Shown in pieces: positions 1 through 6,732 of a DNA stretch of 64,000 nucleotides. Made by a program: the position numbers and the translations under genes. The notes beneath the pieces were generated by a model. It ran no database searches. It was given only the letters and a program-made list of their open reading frames with translations, and was not told the origin of the DNA. Where the stretch lies: contig JBNKHE010000003.1 in the NCBI GenBank assembly GCA_050290185.1, positions 1 to 64,000 of the forward strand. Reading direction: 5' to 3'. This DNA comes from Pontiella sp. (GTDB taxonomy: Bacteria; Verrucomicrobiota; Kiritimatiellia; Kiritimatiellales; Pontiellaceae). The number at the start of each line of letters is the position of its first letter. Position 1 is the first letter of the stretch.

Positions 1-405
1 TTTTAGAGTATTGAGTAACGCATCAATAAATTCATCCTCAAGAGATGAGTCTGAATACATCAGAAATCGTTTTCCGACCATTGAGATCGGTAGAGTCGAC
101 TCGTGGGAGATTATATAAATGATTGGCTTACCTAGTGTACCTGCAACACCAGTAAAGTAGGTGACGTTTGGGTTGCTAGCTGTAACATCGCACAGAAAAA
201 GATCATATTCTTTTAACTTGTTTATGGATGCAGTTTCATCGTTCTCAAAAAGGTCATAGATGAAAGATATCTCTATGGAGTCCAGATTCTCCTGAATTTG
301 GTTGGTTAAAAACTGGGTTGTTGTTTTGAACTCAAACAACTTTTCACTATTTTTGTTGAATGAATCGTGTTGGGGGCTTTTAGGGGTGATGTAGAGTAGC
401 TTCAT
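1..405 (-). CDS. Cassette protein, partial (runs off window); nucleoside 2-deoxyribosyltransferase-like Rossmannoid domain
   Basis: Manual translation from ATG 405 (AGGAG upstream): MKLLYITPKS...YDLFLCDVTASNPNVTYFTGVAGTLGKPIIYI..., open to base 1; matches the D-x-T-x2-NPNV-x-Y-x2-G-x-A-x3-KP pattern. Confidence 0.7.
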   Translation of the reverse strand, partial: MKLLYITPKSPQHDSFNKNSEKLFEFKTTTQFLTNQIQENLDSIEISFIYDLFENDETASINKLKEYDLFLCDVTASNPNVTYFTGVAGTLGKPIIYIISHESTLPISMVGKRFLMYSDSSLEDEFIDALLNTLK

Positions 406-418
406 TATTTGTTCTCCT

Positions 419-508
419 GCCTAACGTTACGTGTGACCTGCGCGGGATATATGCGTTAGGCATGAAAATTGTGCGATTTACCGCGTAAGGTCCACGCGCT
501 GGTTCGGC
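419..508 (-). repeat. attC-like site 1
   Basis: Minus strand GCCGAAC-CAGCGCGTGGACCTTACGCGG...CCGCGCAGGTCACACGTAAC-GTTAGGC. Confidence 0.9.
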
Positions 509-933
509 CAGCTCTTGTAGTGCTCTATTTGTTGTTTTAGTTGTTCAAATTTTGTCTTCGAAATATTCTTTTTGTCGAATCGATCTTTTAGTCCATCAAG
601 CATGTCTTTTTCGTTCAGGTTGCACCAATCCCAAACCATCATTTCATAATTTAACCAACCAGCTGTTTCCCATGCGATGATACGCATGTTCATAATATCT
701 TCTGACGAATAGCCACGATTGATTAATTCATTCACAAATCTGAGGTATCCTTCTGGTTCATGATCTGTATCGAGAACCTCTTCGAGAACGCATTCCCATG
801 AACTCAACTTTGGCAACTTGGGAAGTTTCGCTTTTTCCGAATCAGATAATTTTTCGTACAAGCTTAGGGCTTCGACAAGACGTCCTTTCTTGGAGATCCT
901 CTTCAGAAATCTATTTGTGATGAATGTCGCCAT
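478..933 (-). CDS. Cassette hypothetical protein
   Basis: ORF from ATG 933 (MATFITNRF...); the upstream in-frame extension lies inside attC; stop codon is inside attC 1. Confidence 0.8.
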   Translation of the reverse strand: MATFITNRFLKRISKKGRLVEALSLYEKLSDSEKAKLPKLPKLSSWECVLEEVLDTDHEPEGYLRFVNELINRGYSSEDIMNMRIIAWETAGWLNYEMMVWDWCNLNEKDMLDGLKDRFDKKNISKTKFEQLKQQIEHYKSWPNQRVDLTR

Positions 934-942
934 ATTTCTAGT

Positions 943-1032
943 GCCGAACGTTTGGTGTGACCCGCCCGGGAATAAACCGTCAGGCATGAAAATTGTGCGT
1001 TTTACCGGGTAGGGTCCATGCCCTGGTTCGGC
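943..1032 (-). repeat. attC-like site 2
   Basis: Plus strand GCCGAAC(943)...GTTCGGC(1032) with internal GTGTGACCCGCCCGG / CCGGGTAGGGTCCATGC arms. Confidence 0.9.
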
Positions 1033-1379
1033 TTTAGTTGTTTTGCTTGTTCAAGTAATTGCTCCGGTAATGCTTCGCATGATTCCGCTACGTCTGGTGC
1101 ACCAAACGTGTCATGTAGTGCTCCTGCCATGTTCACAATCAAATCATGATAATCATCGGGTAGTGATGTTGCCAACCATGTGTCATTCAACATTGCATGG
1201 TCATTTAATGAATTGCAGTTCTGGTTTGTTCGCCCTGTGGATGAACAGAGATATTTCAACATCGAGATGAACTGTGCTTTTAGGCAAATGAGGTCAATTG
1301 GTCGGATCGCTAAGTATGAGTCAATAATCTCAACGTGTTTGCTTAGGATATCGTCTTGGTTCTTCATTTTATTCTTCAT
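1002..1379 (-). CDS. Cassette hypothetical protein
   Basis: 125 aa ORF filling the cassette; ATG directly follows the core site; ends inside attC 2. Confidence 0.8.
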   Translation of the reverse strand: MKNKMKNQDDILSKHVEIIDSYLAIRPIDLICLKAQFISMLKYLCSSTGRTNQNCNSLNDHAMLNDTWLATSLPDDYHDLIVNMAGALHDTFGAPDVAESCEALPEQLLEQAKQLKPNQGMDPTR

Positions 1380-1467
1380 GCCGAACGTTTGGTGTGACTT
1401 TCCGGGGAATCAAACTTTGACCTACTCAACTGGCGTTTTCCCGGTAAAGTCCATGCCCTGGTTGGGG
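1380..1467 (-). repeat. attC-like site 3
   Basis: GCCGAAC(1380)...GTTGGGG(1467) with GACTTTCCGGG / CCCGGTAAAGTC arms. Confidence 0.88.
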
Positions 1468-1821
1468 ATTTATTACTTCAGTTAATTCAAACTGTGTGCC
1501 TATAAATTCAAAATCATCATCAGGATTGTCAAAAAAATCTACATGGTCTTCTCTGAATTCTTCGGCACAATCGTTAGTTTCACCTCTCCATAACCACTCT
1601 GGAATATCGCTCCATTTGCAGAGTTCATTTTTTAGAATTCGGATTTTACATCTAGCAATTTTGTTGGAGTCATACACCGTGAGTATCTCTCCAACGTCTA
1701 ATCCGGTATCCCATTCGTCTATATAACCCTGTTCCTCGATTCGGTCAGCCGTCGCAGTTTTACGTTTTTCAATGATTTGATCAATCAACCGATCAAATGT
1801 GAAGGATGCGCGTTTTTCCAT
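1426..1821 (-). CDS. Cassette ASCH (PUA-like) domain protein
   Basis: ATG 1821 with AAGGAG; LIDQIIEKRKTATA...VGEILTVYDS...CKIRI...GE...EEFREDHVDFF resembles ASCH family motifs. Confidence 0.7.
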   Translation of the reverse strand: MEKRASFTFDRLIDQIIEKRKTATADRIEEQGYIDEWDTGLDVGEILTVYDSNKIARCKIRILKNELCKWSDIPEWLWRGETNDCAEEFREDHVDFFDNPDDDFEFIGTQFELTEVINPQPGHGLYRENAS

Positions 1822-1831
1822 ATTTCTCCTT

Positions 1832-1920
1832 CCCCAACGTTTGGTGTGACCTGCGCGGGGCATAAACTTTGACACGAAGATTGTGCGTTTTTCCGCGTAA
1901 GGTCCATGCCCTGGTTGGGC
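1832..1920 (-). repeat. attC-like site 4
   Basis: CCCCAAC(1832)...GTTGGGC(1920), same arms as the other copies. Confidence 0.9.
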
Positions 1921-2369
1921 TACTTATCAGTATTTTCTCTGTTGGTTACGGCATAAATAATAAACATCACTAATAGGGCAATGGATATGAAGAGGAGGGT
2001 TTTGGTTGAAAATAATGCCGAAACTATCAACAGGATGATTGATAAGACATAAGCCACCTCCATCAATAAATCTTTTACTCGGTCATGAGTGTCGGGTCCC
2101 ATATGACCCTCTGCACCTTCACCAAAATTGGCTAGGAGATTAAATATTGGAGCGAAAAAGGACGCAAAAATGTCGCTGAACTTTGATCCAAAAATTGGGA
2201 GAGCTAAAAAAAGCACTGCATAAACCAACCCAATATTTCCTATCTTCCAGCTCATCAACCTCAGGCATGTGCTGGTTGCGAATATAATAAGCAGCGCTAA
2301 AGTCAGGCCACCGATAAATCCTGAAACTCGTTCAAATAATCTACCGATTTTTTGGAGGATTGTTTTCAT
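1920..2369 (-). CDS. Cassette integral membrane protein (about 4 TM)
   Basis: 149 aa with several hydrophobic stretches; stop overlaps the attC edge. Confidence 0.8.
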   Translation of the reverse strand: MKTILQKIGRLFERVSGFIGGLTLALLIIFATSTCLRLMSWKIGNIGLVYAVLFLALPIFGSKFSDIFASFFAPIFNLLANFGEGAEGHMGPDTHDRVKDLLMEVAYVLSIILLIVSALFSTKTLLFISIALLVMFIIYAVTNRENTDK

Positions 2370-2380
2370 ATTTTATGTAT

Positions 2381-2471
2381 GCCCAACGTTTGGTGTGAGC
2401 CGCCTCGCGCTTAATCTTCAGGCACGACAGATTGTGCGTTGGCCGAGGTAGGCTCCATGCCCTGGTTAGCT
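2381..2471 (-). repeat. attC-like site 5
   Basis: GCCCAAC(2381)...GTTAGCT(2471) with GAGCCGCCTCG / CGAGGTAGGCTC compensated arms. Confidence 0.88.
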
Positions 2472-2860
2472 GTTTTTGTAATTGGTATGTTCTTCAATTT
2501 AAGGCTTATATGGCCCGAGTCAGCCGGCCAGATCCGCAACTCGGTATGTTCTAAGGCTTCTTGAGAAATATCGAGACAGTATACACGTTTGTTGTCATTT
2601 CCATGCCCTGCGATAAAACAGGAGGCAATGATTTTATGCTCTTCAGGATCCTCAAGGGTCATCTGTACAACTTTTTGTTTTGCGGATTTATTAATGGTTA
2701 TTCTGATATGGAAATCCGACCACCCACCTTCTTCCATTACACAGTGGATTCCTTCATAATTTGTAGACCCATCGGCATTAACAACCAATTCTGGAAACCC
2801 AATGAAATGGGCAAAAACGTGAGTGGAGAGAAGCATCAAGATAAAGAGTATTTTTTTCAT
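2411..2860 (-). CDS. Cassette exported hypothetical protein
   Basis: Signal peptide MKKILFILMLLSTHVFA; reads into attC 5. Confidence 0.8.
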   Translation of the reverse strand: MKKILFILMLLSTHVFAHFIGFPELVVNADGSTNYEGIHCVMEEGGWSDFHIRITINKSAKQKVVQMTLEDPEEHKIIASCFIAGHGNDNKRVYCLDISQEALEHTELRIWPADSGHISLKLKNIPITKTANQGMEPTSANAQSVVPED

Positions 2861-2870
2861 TTTCTTTCCT

Positions 2871-2960
2871 AGCTAACGTTTCGTGTGACCTGCGCGGGGC
2901 TTATGCGTTGGGCATGAAAATTGTGCGTTTTACCGCGTAAGGTCCACGCGCTGGTTCTGC
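2871..2960 (-). repeat. attC-like site 6
   Basis: AGCTAAC(2871)...GTTCTGC(2960); 2882-2956 identical to 4190-4264. Confidence 0.9.
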
Positions 2961-3442
2961 TATTTTTTATAAGGCAACTTGAATATTTCGTGGTGGAGCA
3001 TTTCCGACTTGAGCAACATCAGCTGTCCTCCTTTGTATTCAAACGTATTGCGAATATTATATACACCGAAACCACGATTTTCCTCTGTGGTAATGACTTC
3101 AATCATCTCAGATTCGACAACAACTTTGTTCCCTTCCTGGGTAATGCTCTGAGGAGTTGATGATGTGTGATACTGACCGGATTTTCTTAATTTCATCATC
3201 GATGGAGTGCGATCGAGATATTGTTTCTTTGTGCACCGAATTTCTTTCGGGTCATCTACAGTTTGGTCGATTATCACAAATCCTTCTTCAGGGATGTACG
3301 CTTCAACCAGTTTCGGGTTTCCCTCAGCGCTTATCTTGGAATCTAGGTAAAAATACTTGAGTACGTCAGCTTCTACATCACGTCCTTGGCATGCATTAGT
3401 CAGCGGGAGCAAAATCAAAAATATGGCTATGAGTTTATTCAT
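2960..3442 (-). CDS. Cassette putative lipoprotein, possibly NTF2-like fold
   Basis: MNKLIAIFLILLPLTNAC lipobox-like; the helix-then-strand pattern only suggests an NTF2 fold. Confidence 0.7.
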   Translation of the reverse strand: MNKLIAIFLILLPLTNACQGRDVEADVLKYFYLDSKISAEGNPKLVEAYIPEEGFVIIDQTVDDPKEIRCTKKQYLDRTPSMMKLRKSGQYHTSSTPQSITQEGNKVVVESEMIEVITTEENRGFGVYNIRNTFEYKGGQLMLLKSEMLHHEIFKLPYKK

Positions 3443-3453
3443 TATTTCTCCAT

Positions 3454-3541
3454 GCAGAACGTTACGTGTGACCCGCCGTGCACATAAACTTCGACCTAAT
3501 CAATTGGCGTTTTCACGGTAGGGTCCATGCGCTGGTTAGCT
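3454..3541 (-). repeat. attC-like site 7
   Basis: GCAGAAC(3454)...GTTAGCT(3541). Confidence 0.88.
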
Positions 3542-4150
3542 TGATTTTTTTACCCTTTTAATCTGGATCTTCAATTCAGTTGGAGTTTCGATTCCGATCC
3601 AGCTACCATCAGGTTGTAGAATTAGATCAGCGTAATAATCTTTCCCTACGTCCTGCAAAATTACCCTGAGCACATGATTTTTTAATTTTAATCGTATTTT
3701 TCGAGGACCGACCCATCTCCCATCTTTTATTTCAAACAGTATTGGTGCGCCGCTCCCGTTCCAGACCCATTCACCGTCCAGGTCTTTTTTTGATTTTGGA
3801 ATTGTTAACTTCTTCAAATCTACCTTCTTTAGCACAACAGTAGATCCCGAAGGGAATTCCACACCCTTCCACGACCCGTCGGCTTGCATAGCTAGGTCAA
3901 CATAGGAGACATCTGAATTTTTTTCATGTAAAATTTCGCCATCAAGTTTGAAAGTAATAGGAAGGTTATCAACTTTTCCGTTTTTTAGAATAAACGCGGT
4001 TTTTCCTGTTCCCCAATCCCATGTCCAAGCCCCATCCAATTCCTTAATTGACTTAGGTATGTTTATTGAATGTTCATTGATCTGGCAGAATGAATTATTT
4101 GTAATTATGAGAATAGAGAAGATTGTTGTGACAATTCTTATATCAACCAT
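3536..4150 (-). CDS. Cassette exported protein with internal tandem duplication
   Basis: Signal-like N-terminus; two copies of IPKS-x-K-[ED]-LDG-x-W-x-W...Y-x-DL-x2-Q-x-DGSW-x-G-x-E-x-P. Confidence 0.8.
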   Translation of the reverse strand: MVDIRIVTTIFSILIITNNSFCQINEHSINIPKSIKELDGAWTWDWGTGKTAFILKNGKVDNLPITFKLDGEILHEKNSDVSYVDLAMQADGSWKGVEFPSGSTVVLKKVDLKKLTIPKSKKDLDGEWVWNGSGAPILFEIKDGRWVGPRKIRLKLKNHVLRVILQDVGKDYYADLILQPDGSWIGIETPTELKIQIKRVKKSS

Positions 4151-4178
4151 TGTTGTGCTCCTTGCTTTTTGTTTTTTC

Positions 4179-4268
4179 TGCTAACGTTACGTGTGACCTG
4201 CGCGGGGCTTATGCGTTGGGCATGAAAATTGTGCGTTTTACCGCGTAAGGTCCACGCGCTGGTTAGCC
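4179..4268 (-). repeat. attC-like site 8
   Basis: TGCTAAC(4179)...GTTAGCC(4268). Confidence 0.9.
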
Positions 4269-4681
4269 ACATTTAGTCTTTCGCTATAAAATCTATCAAT
4301 GATGTCCACATGACCGGCACCATATTTGCCTGGGGTAGCTTGAATGTCTACGGATACTGGTGCCCAGTAGTGCTTAAGAGTAACTCCGGTCGCTCTGATC
4401 GCAGAGATAATATTATCGCTCGTCTCAGGCACACATTTGACCGATGCATACAGTTCGAAGACCTCTCCGGGATGTTTCTTCTGATATTTCGTTAACGCTT
4501 TAGACAACTCATCTAGATCAATACATTCAATGTCTGTACCAACGAACTCAAATGTACGCTCAGATGTGTACTTAATAGTCATCACGCTCTCGGATGAGTG
4601 TGTGTTGCTCTGTCTGTCCTGATTGATCGTACAGCCACTAAAGCAAGATAAAATCAATAAACTGACCAATGTACTCTTCAT
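4238..4681 (-). CDS. Cassette putative lipoprotein, ExbD/TolR-periplasmic-domain-like
   Basis: LLILSCFSGC lipobox; IDLDELSKALTKYQKKHPGEVFELYAS...IISAIRATGV resembles the ExbD C-terminal domain pattern. Confidence 0.65.
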   Translation of the reverse strand: MKSTLVSLLILSCFSGCTINQDRQSNTHSSESVMTIKYTSERTFEFVGTDIECIDLDELSKALTKYQKKHPGEVFELYASVKCVPETSDNIISAIRATGVTLKHYWAPVSVDIQATPGKYGAGHVDIIDRFYSERLNVANQRVDLTR

Positions 4682-4692
4682 AATTTTTCTCT

Positions 4693-4779
4693 GGCTAACG
4701 TTACGAGTGACCCGCTTGGGAATCAGACTCTGACCTAAAAACAGGCGTTGTCCAAGTAGGGTCTACTCGCTGGTTAGGA
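4693..4779 (-). repeat. attC-like site 9
   Basis: GGCTAAC(4693)...GTTAGGA(4779) with CGAGTGACCCGCTTGG / CCAAGTAGGGTCTACTCG compensated arms. Confidence 0.88.
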
Positions 4780-4780
4780 C

Positions 4781-5347
4781 TTATTTAATTAAAGGTGAAA
4801 AAATAGGGTCATTGCTTCCAAATTTATAGCCGTCTGGCATCAGAGCAGGGTAATCCTTCTGAGTTTGTTGGATCGATGATTCTATATAATCCTTAGGTGT
4901 GCATTTAAGTGTTGCATAGAACATAAAATCCCGAATGCGTTGTTGGACTTCGGGAGGTTGTTTCGTCATTACTTCACAGAAATCAACCTGCCCGCCTTCT
5001 CCCCAATTAAGGAACCCGCTGAAAATGATCTGGCCATAGCTTCTGGCATTCTGATCCAACGATGTGAAATGGAGAGATAATGCGAACACACTGCCCAATG
5101 CATTTGTATCTCCGGTTTCATAAATCTTTGTCATCGCTGATTCAAAGTCATACCCATGGCTTTCAGCGAAAGTGATCAAATTCGTAATATCCTGATCCGA
5201 AATCTCACCAAACGGCATTCCATCTGAAAATGGTGTGTCATCGTCTAGTTTGATATTTGCGTTATTAAAGGTCGTGTTCACCTTGGTGCGTGGGGCACAG
5301 CTGACAACGAACAGTGTTAATAGACATGCTAAGAGTAAATTCTTCAT
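4781..5347 (-). CDS. Cassette putative lipoprotein
   Basis: MKNLLLACLLTLFVVSC lipobox; 188 aa. Confidence 0.8.
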   Translation of the reverse strand: MKNLLLACLLTLFVVSCAPRTKVNTTFNNANIKLDDDTPFSDGMPFGEISDQDITNLITFAESHGYDFESAMTKIYETGDTNALGSVFALSLHFTSLDQNARSYGQIIFSGFLNWGEGGQVDFCEVMTKQPPEVQQRIRDFMFYATLKCTPKDYIESSIQQTQKDYPALMPDGYKFGSNDPIFSPLIK

Positions 5348-5354
5348 TATTTGG

Positions 5355-5444
5355 TCCTAACGTTACGTGTGACCTGCGCGGGACTTATGCGTTAGGCATG
5401 AAAACTGTGCGTTTTACCGCGTAAGGTCCACGCGCTGGTTGGAC
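5355..5444 (-). repeat. attC-like site 10
   Basis: TCCTAAC(5355)...GTTGGAC(5444), near-identical to sites 1, 6 and 8. Confidence 0.9.
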
Positions 5445-5453
5445 AAAATTTTA

Positions 5454-5873
5454 TTATGATCCCTTTGGTGATTCTAAGTAATAGGCTTTTTTAGGATCCG
5501 AATCTCCCCAGCATTTATTAAGTCTAGAATCGATGCTGGATTTAAAAACTATGCTATAACCAGAAACCTCATCGTTACACAGTTCAATATCTGCGTTCCA
5601 TATACCTTCATTATTCTGAATACATCCGCTGTATAATGAGTTAAGCAGTAAATCCCCCGAAGGTGAGTATCTTCTCTTTTCTTCGATCTTTGGAAGAAGG
5701 TCAGATAAATACGCTAAATCATAATTCGGATGGCCTAGCGTAAGATCAGAAAGCTCAGGAGGTAACGTAGGATAACCATGTTGAGATATCGCCCTGCGAT
5801 ATTGCCAAAGAATATATGTCGGCATGACAATGAATAAGATCAGGCAGGCAATGATTATGATGGCTAGTATCAT
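5454..5873 (-). CDS. First cassette: membrane-anchored hypothetical protein
   Basis: N-terminal TM helix, 139 aa. Confidence 0.8.
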   Translation of the reverse strand: MILAIIIIACLILFIVMPTYILWQYRRAISQHGYPTLPPELSDLTLGHPNYDLAYLSDLLPKIEEKRRYSPSGDLLLNSLYSGCIQNNEGIWNADIELCNDEVSGYSIVFKSSIDSRLNKCWGDSDPKKAYYLESPKGS

Positions 5874-5882
5874 TTTCTTTCA

Positions 5883-5921
5883 GTCCAACAGTTGATTAGG
5901 CAGAAACGGATTCTGCCTATT
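5883..5921 (-). other. Putative attI-like primary recombination site
   Basis: Core GTTGGAC (minus, 5889-5883) is complementary to the first cassette's own R'' and is not embedded in an attC; adjacent inverted repeat TAGGCAGAA-N5-TTCTGCCTA. Confidence 0.55.
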
Positions 5922-6251
5922 TCATGGTTGCTCTTATGGGTTAGATAGAAAACATTCACAATAAAATTAATCAAGGGAAATGGGTTTTGAACGGGAAAAG
6001 GAGTGTCTTTGTAAGGTATTAATGAAAAATATTTCTGCCTAGCATCGGTTTCTCCGGACGGATTAGGTGGAAAAGCAATCCGGAGCGGATTGTTTCAATG
6101 GTCAGATCGCTGTTCTTTTTTTGTTCTTTTGCATTTTCCAGCTTGCCGCGGTTTTGCCGTTTAAGTACATAGTCTATCAAGTGGGCCCAAAGCCGGCACG
6201 GGGCTGGTAGGGGGCGTCCCATGAAGCATACGATCCAATAGGAGATACAAG

Positions 6252-6542
6252 ATGGCAGTAACAAAAACGCAGATCATCGCCAAGATCGCCGATGATGCCG
6301 ATATCACCAAGGTTCAGGCAAAGGCCGCTTTGGAATCCCTCGTAGCGCAGGCGTACAAGGGTGCGAAGTCCAAGGATGGATTCACCATTCCCGGTATCGG
6401 CAAGCTGATCAAGGTTCGCCGCAAGGCTCGCATGGGTCGCAATCCGGCCACCGGTGAACAGATCAAGATTGCTGCCAAGACAGTTCTCAAGTTCCGTATT
6501 GCCAAGGCGGCCAAAGATGCCGTGGTTCCGCCGAAGAAATAG
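6252..6542 (+). CDS. hup: HU family DNA-binding protein
   Basis: MAVTKTQII...FTIPGIGKL...RKARMGRNPATGEQIKIAAKTVLKFR; AGGAG RBS. Confidence 0.95.
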   Translation: MAVTKTQIIAKIADDADITKVQAKAALESLVAQAYKGAKSKDGFTIPGIGKLIKVRRKARMGRNPATGEQIKIAAKTVLKFRIAKAAKDAVVPPKK

Positions 6543-6561
6543 AGTTTTCCGGTAGTCCAAC

Positions 6562-6593
6562 AAAAAGGGAGGTCATGCGGCCTCCCTTTTTTT
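6562..6593 (+). terminator. Rho-independent terminator (bidirectional shape)
   Basis: AAAAAGGGAGGTC-ATGC-GGCCTCCC-TTTTTTT after hup. Confidence 0.85.
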
Positions 6594-6732
6594 GTGTACA
6601 TCCGGTGCGCACATCCTCCCTGTTGTTTCAATTTGTATATTTCCCGAATGGTATCGGTTATCGATCCGGGTGTCCTGTTGATGGCAATATGCCGGTTTAT
6701 GGATTTCGTGAAGCGGGATGAAAGGAATATCT

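Larger units (their letters stand above)
1..5889 (-). mobile_element. Integron-type gene cassette array (continues beyond left edge; no intI in window)
   Basis: Unrelated short AT-rich ORFs, all on the minus strand, separated by ten 87-91 bp imperfect palindromes that read NNNNAAC...GTTNNNN on the coding strand, which is attC architecture. Confidence 0.92.

Noticed and set aside
419..5444. CRISPR array interpretation of the regular repeats
   Set aside because: Repeats are ~90 bp, the spacers are whole genes several hundred bp long, and there are no cas genes; the architecture is attC-like
5890..6250. Integrase remnant or clear Pc promoter
   Set aside because: No tyrosine-recombinase motifs are visible, and only weak -35/-10 matches occur in AT-rich DNA
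5882..6562. 9-bp direct repeat AGTCCAACA flanking the hup region, as a target-site duplication or extra cassette boundary
   Set aside because: The second copy abuts the hup terminator, has no attC arms, and a single post-hoc 9-mer match is weak evidence
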